Positions 1-10,100 of a DNA stretch of 46,959 bases are shown here, in pieces; within the stretch, counting starts at the first letter, position 1; the number at the start of each line of letters is the position of its first letter. The notes beneath the pieces are model-generated. The model saw only the letters and a list, made by a program, of their open reading frames with translations, did not search any database and was not told the origin of the DNA. Source of the DNA: Pachysolen tannophilus NRRL Y-2460 (lineage: Eukaryota). The stretch covers positions 410,108 through 457,066 of the forward strand of contig KV454011.1 in the NCBI GenBank assembly GCA_001661245.1, in the 5' to 3' direction. Position numbers and translations under genes: made by a program.

Positions 1-1770
1 AAAAGAAATCCGAAATTTTTTGCATAAATAGTTATATACAACCCAATTGGTCTCTTCATTTTTATTGTATGTCAAAATCAAACTGTATAGTTGATCATAT
101 ATCTCAGGTAAACTTGTAGAATCATACCTCATTGCATTTCTTCTTTCCTCTTCTCCTTGTAAAGTCTCAGGCAGAGATAATTCTCTTTCCAAAAGTTCTA
201 TCCCATCACCAACATAATCGCTTTCAATTAATTTCAGTAAAAAAGCAGAAATAGCATTGTAGTCCAATCTTTGTCCAACAGATTTCAATAATTTATAATT
301 TTTAAAAATAGTTTTAATATCATCAGTCGTATCATGACAGTAATGTGTGAAAGCCTTAAATAATACGGATAAGTACATGCCATCTTCATCTGTTGACCAA
401 TCAATGTAATACTTTGGCCCAATGCTTTCAAGAAATAATTTCCATGCACGATTCGAATCACCTTTATTCAATTCATTATTTATCAATATTGCAAAAGACA
501 AACAATCTTCATCTATTTTAATTTTTTCCTTGAAAAAAGATCTCAACTGAGAAATATATAAGTCTGATTTGTCACAATAAGTACAGATTAATATTAGTTT
601 GTTGAATATTTTTTCCAAATCGGAATTCTCTAAAAGTGAATATGCTTTAATGAGTTTTTCTTTTATCAGTTCTGAAAGTTCATCACCACGCTCTTTTTTA
701 TAAATTTCATATTGTAATAACATTTCCCATGATGATGGTAACAGTGAATTTGAGTCTATGTTTTTCCTTGCTAACAATTCAATCACACCATAAGGATCAT
801 TATACTTAATACAGTTGGTAACAACTGTATTCACTGAATGATCTCCATAATCTTTATCTAAAAAGAATAATTTCTCCAAATTTGGGATTTTCGAAATTGT
901 CAACATCACAAATTTACTGAGTTCTTTATCAATAGAATTCTCTGCAACAAATTTTAATATACTACTCAAGTGATAAAATTTCTCAAAAGAATTAACATTA
1001 CAAAATTCATCTATAAGTTCCACCATTTTGTGCAAATTATCAACTAAATTATCTTTATAACCATTTTCAAGTTCTTCTTCGCATGCCTCTAAGAATAATT
1101 CGATAATCTCAGTACTTTGCGCAAATTCTTTAAATCTGTAATACTGCAGTAATATTAAAATATTTTTGGAGTCTGGTGATACTGATTTAAAAGATTCCAC
1201 TGATTTCATAATGAATTTGTTGAATAACTTTGGGTCAGGGTTTTTTGCGTAAAATTCTTCAATAAGTTTAGGAAAATGAAACCTTTTGTTAGACATTAAT
1301 ACAAAACGAACCATATGTTCGTAAATCTCTAACAATTTACCATTTTCCTTTGTTGATGATACCATTCCTTTCTGATTTAAAGCCAATCTATTAAGAAACA
1401 CAGGCAAGAATTGTAATGTCCTGATGTTTTCACTATTTAAACCTTTGATTGAATCCAATATATTCAATATTTCATTGTCATTTTTGAAAAAAGTACCTAA
1501 ATCATCTCCTTTATTAATTATAGCCTCCACAGAATCATTTATCAAAGAGTAATCTTGTCCACCATTATCTCGATTCTTATTAGAGATATAAGTGTTCAAC
1601 AATTCTTTCAACTTGAATTTTTTGTCATTGGACAAATTATCAGTTCTGCATAGTCTCCTGATTTCAAGAACAGTATCATCATTATTTAAAGAAGAGTAAA
1701 ATTTCAAATCGAAGTTCCTAATCAATACCCATCGCAAAGGTCTAATGAATTGGCATGATCGTAACATCAT
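1..1770 (-). CDS. Partial ORF (3' end outside window); probable mitochondrial helical-repeat (PPR-like) protein
   Basis: ATG at 1770 begins MMLRSCQFIRPLRWVLIRNFDLKFYSSLNN, an Arg-rich, nearly acid-free N-terminus like a mitochondrial presequence. The stretches I translated at both ends are open and in the same frame down to base 1 (about 590 codons). It is absent from the ORF track, consistent with the stop lying outside the window. The PPR-like call is inference from its Leu/Ile/Lys/Glu-rich helical composition. Confidence 0.7.
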   Translation of the reverse strand, partial: MMLRSCQFIRPLRWVLIRNFDLKFYSSLNNDDTVLEIRRLCRTDNLSNDKKFKLKELLNTYISNKNRDNGGQDYSLINDSVEAIINKGDDLGTFFKNDNEILNILDSIKGLNSENIRTLQFLPVFLNRLALNQKGMVSSTKENGKLLEIYEHMVRFVLMSNKRFHFPKLIEEFYAKNPDPKLFNKFIMKSVESFKSVSPDSKNILILLQYYRFKEFAQSTEIIELFLEACEEELENGYKDNLVDNLHKMVELIDEFCNVNSFEKFYHLSSILKFVAENSIDKELSKFVMLTISKIPNLEKLFFLDKDYGDHSVNTVVTNCIKYNDPYGVIELLARKNIDSNSLLPSSWEMLLQYEIYKKERGDELSELIKEKLIKAYSLLENSDLEKIFNKLILICTYCDKSDLYISQLRSFFKEKIKIDEDCLSFAILINNELNKGDSNRAWKLFLESIGPKYYIDWSTDEDGMYLSVLFKAFTHYCHDTTDDIKTIFKNYKLLKSVGQRLDYNAISAFLLKLIESDYVGDGIELLERELSLPETLQGEEERRNAMRYDSTSLPEIYDQLYSLILTYNKNEETNWVVYNYLCKKFRISF

Positions 1771-1821
1771 CGCCTTCGTTCTTAATTTATATTCATTACT
1801 TCTTTGTAAAATAGAGGGCGA

Positions 1822-1855
<34 letters not shown>

Positions 1856-2034
1856 TATTATTATGCGTAAATAAATACTTACATTAAAAAGTTAACATTT
1901 TGACATAGTAAAATTATACGCAAAAAAATAATAGTATTGAAAATATATACGGATTGCCCTTTATCTTTTGGCAATTTTTGTTGGTTGTTTTATAATTCTA
2001 TAAATATAAATATAAACATGCATAGGTGTAGAAT

Positions 2035-3258
2035 TCACTGTTTTTTAGAAATTTCATTACCGTCTTCATCATACTCTTTTATATCGCTTTGTAACCTTCT
2101 AATAGCCCAATTCTTCCCGATGAATTTAATATCAGGAGCACTAGCACCTTCAGTCAGAGTATATTCTTTCCAAAAACTTGGACTCTGTAATCTTGAATCT
2201 TCTTTTCTAAAACCCAAATGATTGTCTCTAATGTTTAAAACATTTTGTCTAATTTCAGCAGCTAATCTGCTTCTCAATTCCTTAGCTTCCTTACCAGTTT
2301 TCAATCTTTGAGATAAATCATATGGATTTTCAGGATCATAGTATTTTTCACATAAAGCTTCCCATTCTTTCCTATATTTAAAGATAATATCATCATCTAC
2401 TGGATCACCAATAGTTAATTTTATTTCAGCACCATAGTTCAGAGGAAGATAACGTTGAATAATATCTTCTGCAGCGGATTCAGGAGCAATTTTCTCAAAT
2501 CCAGTAGCAAAGATTGGTAAAACGATTGGGGGTCTTGTAGCTTCTAATACAAGTCTAGATATCCCCCATTTGAAATAACGCATTGAATTTGAATGTGGTT
2601 GTTGTAATTGACAAACAAAACCTTCTGGGAAAACATGAACCCATGAAGGTTTTGTTCTTATTACAGGAAGTTTATAATCATCAGAATAAAGTTTACTGAC
2701 TTGTTTTAAAAGGGAACTTTTCACCAATGACAGATCTAAATCTTGTTGTTCTTTCTGTGCCTGTGATAATACCGCCGATGGTACATATTCTAAATCTAAA
2801 GTATCATCTGGTGATAAAAGTCTAATTGTAGCATCTATACTTCCTTGAAATGGACCTCTACCAAACCTCTCAGTTGGTAATACTTTACCCAAAGAGAAAA
2901 AATAAGTTAAAACTTTATTTTTAAAACAAAGATTTTGTGCTCCAAGACACCATCTAATATTATCTATACCCCAATAGTATTTCAATGGTAACATCCCCCA
3001 CATTGATGGATCATCTACAACTGACATATGATTCATCACCGTGATAAGAGACCTGTTTTCATTCTTGGACCTCAAGAGAGCAGCATCCAACTTCTCCAAA
3101 CCTTCAACCTTCGGTGTGTATATGGTATTTAATATTACCTTCGATCCTAATATCATAAACATGCATGTAGCATGTGAAGCATATTGCCATAAAATCGAGC
3201 TTCTAGGAAACTCTTTTAAAAAATCATCACCTCTTTCTAAAACTTTAGGGAAAGACAT
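2035..3258 (-). CDS. TAZ1: Tafazzin, cardiolipin-remodelling lysophospholipid acyltransferase
   Basis: 407 aa with the acyltransferase HX4D motif (MNHMSVVDDP), IRWCLGA, WVHVFPEG and MRYFKWG motifs typical of tafazzin. Confidence 0.95.
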   Translation of the reverse strand: MSFPKVLERGDDFLKEFPRSSILWQYASHATCMFMILGSKVILNTIYTPKVEGLEKLDAALLRSKNENRSLITVMNHMSVVDDPSMWGMLPLKYYWGIDNIRWCLGAQNLCFKNKVLTYFFSLGKVLPTERFGRGPFQGSIDATIRLLSPDDTLDLEYVPSAVLSQAQKEQQDLDLSLVKSSLLKQVSKLYSDDYKLPVIRTKPSWVHVFPEGFVCQLQQPHSNSMRYFKWGISRLVLEATRPPIVLPIFATGFEKIAPESAAEDIIQRYLPLNYGAEIKLTIGDPVDDDIIFKYRKEWEALCEKYYDPENPYDLSQRLKTGKEAKELRSRLAAEIRQNVLNIRDNHLGFRKEDSRLQSPSFWKEYTLTEGASAPDIKFIGKNWAIRRLQSDIKEYDEDGNEISKKQ

Positions 3259-3386
3259 TGTTCCTTCTATCGCTCTCAGGACAGTCTATAGTTATTAATA
3301 TTATTATTAATATTATTATTCAGCGCCTCTCAGTCAACCAGTTCCACACATGTTTTCAGAAAACTAATTAAGCAAAAATTTTTTTT

Positions 3387-3424
<38 letters not shown>

Positions 3425-3440
3425 TTAGAAAAAATACAAA

Positions 3441-3612
3441 ATGCGCACCGCAGTTTAAAGTAAAATCCAAAATTGCGTATTGCTTGATGCGTACAGCAGA
3501 TGCGTAAACCTCTTGCTGTATGCATTTGTGTATTGCATTTGTAAATAAAGTGCGGTCCGCAAGTTAAAAGTGCAAGTGTGTACTGCAAATGCGGAATGTA
3601 AATGCGGTTCAT
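3441..3612. repeat. Degenerate ~13-bp-period TGC(G/A) motif array upstream of TAZ1
   Basis: TGCG/TGCA at 3442, 3474, 3488, 3501, 3521, 3534, 3551, 3571, 3584, 3590 and 3603; AAATGCGG occurs at 3587 and 3600. Confidence 0.6.
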
Positions 3613-4071
3613 TGTATGATCTATTTTTCCTTAAAATGGGACATATATCCAACCAACCAATCAATTAATTATACTGAAAAGATATTCAGAATAACTTTAA
3701 CAAACCGTTGATCTGTTTTGAAAAGAAATACAATTTGCTCATAATAATTGTTTATAGAGATCATTACTAGTGTTTATTCCATTCACTGCCTAGCTTCTAA
3801 TGCCTTGTTGAATTCTTTTTTTTTTTTTTCTTTTCCCCCAGCATAAAACATTTAATTAAATTACATCATTATTTAAAAAAAACTACCCCTTTCAACAAAG
3901 GTAATTATAAATTGAAGGGAAATCATAATCAAGTTTCGCGTTATTACCGTTTTCATCATAGGCGTCGAGAAGAAAAGAGAGAAAAAAAAAAGTAGAAATT
4001 ACATACCGGACGGTATTAAAGAATGTATAGCAGATCATCGACCTTTTTTTCAAACGTGCATCTCGCTAATG

Positions 4072-4095
4072 CAGCATAATTTTAAAATTATGCTG
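4072..4095. repeat. Perfect 24-bp palindrome CAGCATAATTTT|AAAATTATGCTG
   Basis: Read directly; the left arm 4072-4083 is the exact reverse complement of 4084-4095. Confidence 0.9.
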
Positions 4096-4286
4096 GATTA
4101 CAATATTACAATAAGATTCTTCTTTTAAACATCTACAATTTAATAAATTGAAAAAAAACCTTCAGATTGGAAACCAACGGAAAAAAGATTTTAAGAATTT
4201 ATATATAAAAAAAAGTTTGAAAAAGGGAACTGTAGAAAAGAATGGGTTTCTTGATGATCAACTCAAGAAACAGAAGAATTGAAAAG

Positions 4287-4317
<31 letters not shown>

Positions 4318-4389
4318 TTTGTTTTTTTGAAAAATAAAAAAAACTAACCACCCGATTTTAAAGTCCAAGTTTTAGTCTTCATATTGGCT

Positions 4390-4590
4390 TTAAAAAGTTT
4401 CCAATTGAGGTGGAGCTGAAGACAGTGGACCTGAAGACAGCGGAGCCGAAGATAATGGTGGTTGTGGATCACGCTTGACAAATGAACCATTGGTACAGTT
4501 ACCATAAGTTTGTTCTTCAACTGGCAGAGATTGGACAAATGAACCAACTAAAGCAACGACGCAAAATAATGAAAAGACTCTGAATTGCAT
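4390..4590 (-). CDS. Small secreted prepro-peptide, Kex2-processed candidate, 66 aa
   Basis: ATG preceded by an A-run, hydrophobic signal MQFRVFSLFCVVALVGSFVQS, pro region with NCT and NGS sequons, KR, DP-QP dipeptides, then three P-x-S-S-(A/G) units. TATAAAAA on the minus strand at 4747-4754. GC content is higher than the flanks. Confidence 0.7.
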   Translation of the reverse strand: MQFRVFSLFCVVALVGSFVQSLPVEEQTYGNCTNGSFVKRDPQPPLSSAPLSSGPLSSAPPQLETF

Positions 4591-5188
4591 TTTTTTTGAT
4601 TTTATTTTAAACTCTCTAAATTTCTAAATTTCTATAGTGAATGTAATCTATTGGTAGATAAAAACTATAACTGTATAACTTTTATTTACGAAAAGAATTT
4701 AAATTTTTTTTATTTTTTTTGAATCAATTAATAGGAATTCTTGAGGTTTTTATATTCTTTTATTAATTACCTACCTTTATGATTTTTATTCATCCCTTGA
4801 GACTCATTTGCTTTGCTGAAATCCATTGAAAAAATTGTTCCTAGGAAACAAAAAAAAGAAAAGAAACCCCAAAAAGATGAAAGAATAATAAAAAATTTGT
4901 AAAGTATATGCAACCATTTATTTCCGGAAAATCTAGAAACTGCTTTAATATAAGCTTTATTACTGAGGTTATAAAAGCAGGAGTACTCAAAAAGGTAGGT
5001 ACACCATCACTTTCAAAGTTTCGAAAGTTTATAGCCTATATTTTTCAGCTCTTACGTTTCACGATTATCATTTCAGTAAATTTTTTAATTTCTCAAAAAA
5101 ATTATCTTTAACTATTAAGTTCTATAAAGAATAACTTGCTATTACTCAAAAAAAAAAAGAAAAAAAAAAAAAAAAAAAAAAAAAAAAA

Positions 5189-5784
5189 NNNNNNNNNNNN
5201 NNNNNNNNNNNNNNNNNNNNNNNNNNNNNNNNNNNNNNNNNNNNNNNNNNNNNNNNNNNNNNNNNNNNNNNNNNNNNNNNNNNNNNNNNNNNNNNNNNNN
5301 NNNNNNNNNNNNNNNNNNNNNNNNNNNNNNNNNNNNNNNNNNNNNNNNNNNNNNNNNNNNNNNNNNNNNNNNNNNNNNNNNNNNNNNNNNNNNNNNNNNN
5401 NNNNNNNNNNNNNNNNNNNNNNNNNNNNNNNNNNNNNNNNNNNNNNNNNNNNNNNNNNNNNNNNNNNNNNNNNNNNNNNNNNNNNNNNNNNNNNNNNNNN
5501 NNNNNNNNNNNNNNNNNNNNNNNNNNNNNNNNNNNNNNNNNNNNNNNNNNNNNNNNNNNNNNNNNNNNNNNNNNNNNNNNNNNNNNNNNNNNNNNNNNNN
5601 NNNNNNNNNNNNNNNNNNNNNNNNNNNNNNNNNNNNNNNNNNNNNNNNNNNNNNNNNNNNNNNNNNNNNNNNNNNNNNNNNNNNNNNNNNNNNNNNNNNN
5701 NNNNNNNNNNNNNNNNNNNNNNNNNNNNNNNNNNNNNNNNNNNNNNNNNNNNNNNNNNNNNNNNNNNNNNNNNNNNNNNNNNNN
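5189..5784. other. Assembly gap (N run) following a poly(A) tract
   Basis: Run of n characters. Confidence 1.
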
Positions 5785-6555
5785 GAGATAAATCCTAAAT
5801 TCGACTAATATACAATAGATTGAAAGGTTCAAATTTAAATGAAAAACCACTCATTGGGTTTTTTTACTATTACCACTGTAAAGAGCAACTTGATAACTTT
5901 TGTTAAAAAGTATTTCTCTATGACTTTATGACTTCACCTTCATTTTTCCAAACTGTAATTTTAAAGTTTCGAGAGAGAGAGATTTTCCTTTAAGCATTTT
6001 TTGAGGCAGTGAAAATGCTCAACGAGGAATTTCAAACAAGAAATATTATTATTAACAGTTTTCACTTTAATACTCGCTTAATATAGAAACTGGTACTAGC
6101 TAATACATGAAATAGTTTAAAGTTTCTCTGATTTATTTTCTTTAATGGTTTGGTACCTTCTATTTTACTCAGAGCAATTTTGCACAACTTGATTTTTCGT
6201 CTTTTTTTTTTTTAAAGTTCTAGAAATTGTTTAATATGTAGACTAAGTCAGGAACGATTACGGAGGTTTTCGGTCTAATTTGTCTCAATTACCACAAATA
6301 TTTGACTTAAATTATCAATTATTACTTAATAAATTCAGGAACTGAAAAAAAAAAAAATTACATGTATTGATACTTAAGGCTTGATAATTCCCCTCTAATT
6401 TCAAAATGTTACTCTTTATCAAGATAATTCTATAACATAATTCATTATAAATTTAGCAAAAAAAAAAAGAAAAAAATAGTTTCCAGACAAACGCTATTAC
6501 TGGTAAATTATTAATAGACTTTATTGTAAAAGTATTGTTCAATTAATTCAAATTA

Positions 6556-6888
6556 TTAAAGTGTGAAAAGAAGGTTATTTTTGAAATATGCACAGCAGTA
6601 CCTCTTTCGGTGTCCACTCCGAAAAATGTATGATGAGTAATAAAAGCTTGAAAATACTGCTATAGCAAAAACGAAACAAGTTATTACTCTTTGAATAATC
6701 TTTTTTTTTTCTCTTATCGATCTTCGTTCGACCTTGGTTAATTGTAGAAGAAGCGATTTGCTGTTCTCCCAGGTAATTGTGCCACCATGTTTTTGGGAAC
6801 TGGCTTTTTTTGAAATTCTAATTAAGAAGATTTTGATCAAAGTAAGATCATCATAGCCTTGAGGCAATACTAAATTCTCGAAGATCAT
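6556..6888 (-). CDS. Hypothetical 110-aa orphan ORF with one possible transmembrane helix
   Basis: ATG start and a basic patch (RRSIREKKK) followed by hydrophobic VITCFVFAIAVFSSFYY. No family recognised. Confidence 0.3.
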   Translation of the reverse strand: MIFENLVLPQGYDDLTLIKIFLIRISKKASSQKHGGTITWENSKSLLLQLTKVERRSIREKKKIIQRVITCFVFAIAVFSSFYYSSYIFRSGHRKRYCCAYFKNNLLFTL

Positions 6889-7112
6889 TCTATTTTATGG
6901 TGTTGGGTAAATGAGTTAATTACAAAAATCAATGTCCTTTTGACCAAATGAAATTAAATGATAAACTGTACAATACAAGAAAATAAAAAAACTGAAATAA
7001 AAAAAAAAAAAAAAAAACAAGACAATAAAAAAACACAGACTTTTAACGTAAATTTCTAATTAATAATAGAAAATATGGAAGCAAACAAAGACCATATTTT
7101 ATTGTGAAATAA

Positions 7113-10100
7113 TCAATTAACAGGAGGCATTTTTGCCAAAACATCAAAACTACCGGTACCAACTTTTGATAGTTTACCAACAACAATTCTTGAAGATGGT
7201 GAATCAAGATCTTCACGGTCGTTATCTAGCACAGCTTTTGTTAAGAACAGACATGTAGTTTCATAAGACATCTTCATGAATGGAGATGTTGATGAGTCAA
7301 TACCTTGACGATTAAAAGCCAAATATGTACCTTCCCTGGTCATCATATCACCAATGAGGTCTAAATGTCTCGAAGAAACTGTAATAGCATAACGACCAAA
7401 GACATTATTTATTTCATTGACAATTGTATTTCTAGCAGCTTCGACACCATAGGTTCTTAAAACAGCAGCAACATCATTTGAAGTTATTCCATTAACATCT
7501 ACAAAGTCTTCTTGCTCCCACAAGGCTTGGAAATTGACACCTTCAGTAACAAGAACACGTTTTCCCTTTTCTGGCTCTGGATGAACACATCTACCAATAT
7601 TTGGAATTTCTCTAACGACAACTTCATTACACAATTGTTCAACAATATTAACCATCAACAACTTTTGAGTTTCAGCACTCAAATCAAGCTTGAATTTACA
7701 CCATGAACCTCTTTCATCATCAAAGTTGAATTTTGATATTAAATGATGTTGAGTAATAACCTCTTGTTCTCTGTCCCGAGCAAGTTTAGATAATTTCAAT
7801 GTTTTGGTTTCCGGTTCATCAATATCCATTTTATCATTAGGCTTTCCATCATTTTCATCAGATGAGAGATCATCATCAGATGATAAGTTATCTTCTTCGT
7901 CAGATGATTTTTCTGCTGCTTTCATCGTCTCCAACTCATCTTCATCAGGACCATCATATGAAACAGCTTGTTTAGTGTTTGAACGCAATTTGTCATCATC
8001 AGCATCTGCTTCATCTTCCCCATCGTTTGTTTTGACTGGAAGAATACGATCATCACTAGTTATTTCAGTCTGAGACTTAGGAACAGCCAAACCAATGGTT
8101 GGCAAAGACTCAGAATTTGGCTTCTTCTGTTTCTTAACTTCTTTGATAATAGCTGATTCTAACTGTCTCAAAAATTTAGTCACTATAACATGCTCTAATT
8201 CTTGTTTCGAAGAATCATATTCTTGTGCATACTCGTCACAATCATAAAATGTGATACGGATTACGTATGAACGTGCAGTTGCACCTCCATCTCCTGAAGC
8301 ACCTGTTGTCTCTGTAACTGTGACTTTATCAATGAATTCGGCAAGAGTGATTCTTGCAACCGATTTACAAAATGTATCTGCTTGTTCATCAGAAACATCA
8401 TCCAAAATCGGTAATGTCATCTGTGGAGTTTTGATTGAAGAAGAAGCAGTCATAATGATTTCTCTCATACGTGGAATACCCAATGTAACATTAGCAGCAC
8501 CATGTCCTGCAAAATGGAACGTATTCAATGTCATTTGTGTCGAAGGCTCACCAATTGATTGCGACGCTATAATACCAACAGCTTCACCTGGATTAATTAA
8601 AGATTTCATATATTTCAATTGCATCAAAGCACGGAATTTCTTTTCAGTCAAAGCACCAGATTGCTTTGCATCCTTGGAAGATGCAAAAAGGTTAGGATTT
8701 TCATCAATGAATTGGTCTAAGTGTTTCTGGAATGATTCTGAAACCGATCCCAAAAATTTGGATGGATTATATACAGATAAAACCGGATCATATTTATCAT
8801 CTTGAGAATAGTGAGGTAATGAGCCAATTTTTTTCATGTGTTTACGAACTTTCTTGGAATAACGTAATGCTGTTTCGGTATCAAGATGCTCAATCAATTC
8901 ACCAGGATTGTATTTCTTCAATAAGGAATCATAATTTTCAGCACAAAATTTAAATTCATACATGTGGGACTCTTTCGTTACATCAACAGAATCTCCACCA
9001 TATAAGAACTGAATCAAAGTACTATCACCATCCCTCACTGTATTATCGTAGCTGACATGAACACCTTCGAATTGTTTTGTTAAACAACGCTGTAAATAAC
9101 CTGATCTGGAGGTCTTAACAGCCGTATCGATCAAACCTTCTCTACCCGCCATACAATGGAAATAATACTCCTGTGGTCTGATACCAGAGTAAAAACGGCC
9201 CTTGATGTAACCACCTGCTCTAGCATCAGTCTCAAAAGGTTTGAAAGAAGGTAAAGTCTTACCACTGACCATAGTAGGAACTCTTCTACCTTCTAAAGCT
9301 TGCTGACCTAAAAGACACATAATTTGAGAGACATTAACATTAGAACCTTTAGCACCCGATAATGCCATCGCTTGCATAGAATTATATGGGAAACGTTTCA
9401 TGGTACCTTCAGGAACACATTTAGAGACAACTTGGGAGGTGATAGAGTTTACTTTAGATTGTGTGATAGCATCTAAAATTCCAGATTTGATGTCATCCCT
9501 TAATATTTCCTCGAGTCGTTTCAATAACTCAGGATCTTGATGATCAATATCAGAGGACAAATTTGTAACTTCAGCAGCAGCAATACGACCTATTTCTACG
9601 GAGGTCTTCAAAATATCATTTCTCCAATTATTACCCTCATCTGTTAATCTTAAATCATCCATACCACAAGTAAACCCAGTCATAGTGATGTAATTTGTAA
9701 ACAATCTACCTAAAACTGATAAAGCTTTACCTGCTACACTTGGACCATACACTTCATGAAGCGAATGAATAATACCAAATTTGGAAGCACCATATTGGGA
9801 TTTATCCAATATACCACAAATCAATTCACCATTTTTGAATATAACATCGTTCTCAGTAGAAGATGCACCCCAGTAATCTGATTTTATCTTGTTTTTGGAT
9901 ATCAAATTAACACCTGGCATATCTTCCGGTTTAATATTCAATAAAATAGTAGTGATGACTTGTTTACCAGTCCATAAAGGTTCCGGTTTAATGATGGCCG
10001 GTCTTACAGTGATTATTCTGTTTCTTGTTGAATGACCATCCTCTGGACGAATACAGCCGTAAATTAACTGCTGATATTTTTCCCTAGTGAAAAAAGAGTC

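Noticed and set aside
3441..3612. CRISPR-like or transposon-terminal interpretation of the TGC array
   Set aside because: Eukaryotic context, no identical repeats with unique spacers, and no transposase, LTR or target-site duplication visible.
4344..4547. Overlapping 67-aa minus-strand ORF
   Set aside because: Non-ATG start and no coherent features; it is an alternative frame of the peptide gene.
4390..4590. Calling the small peptide gene the alpha mating pheromone
   Set aside because: There is a single KR unit, and the mature sequence lacks the aromatic/basic character of known alpha-factors.
5136..5850. ORFs spanning the first N gap (likewise 21618-22466)
   Set aside because: Artefacts of N runs and poly(A) tracts.
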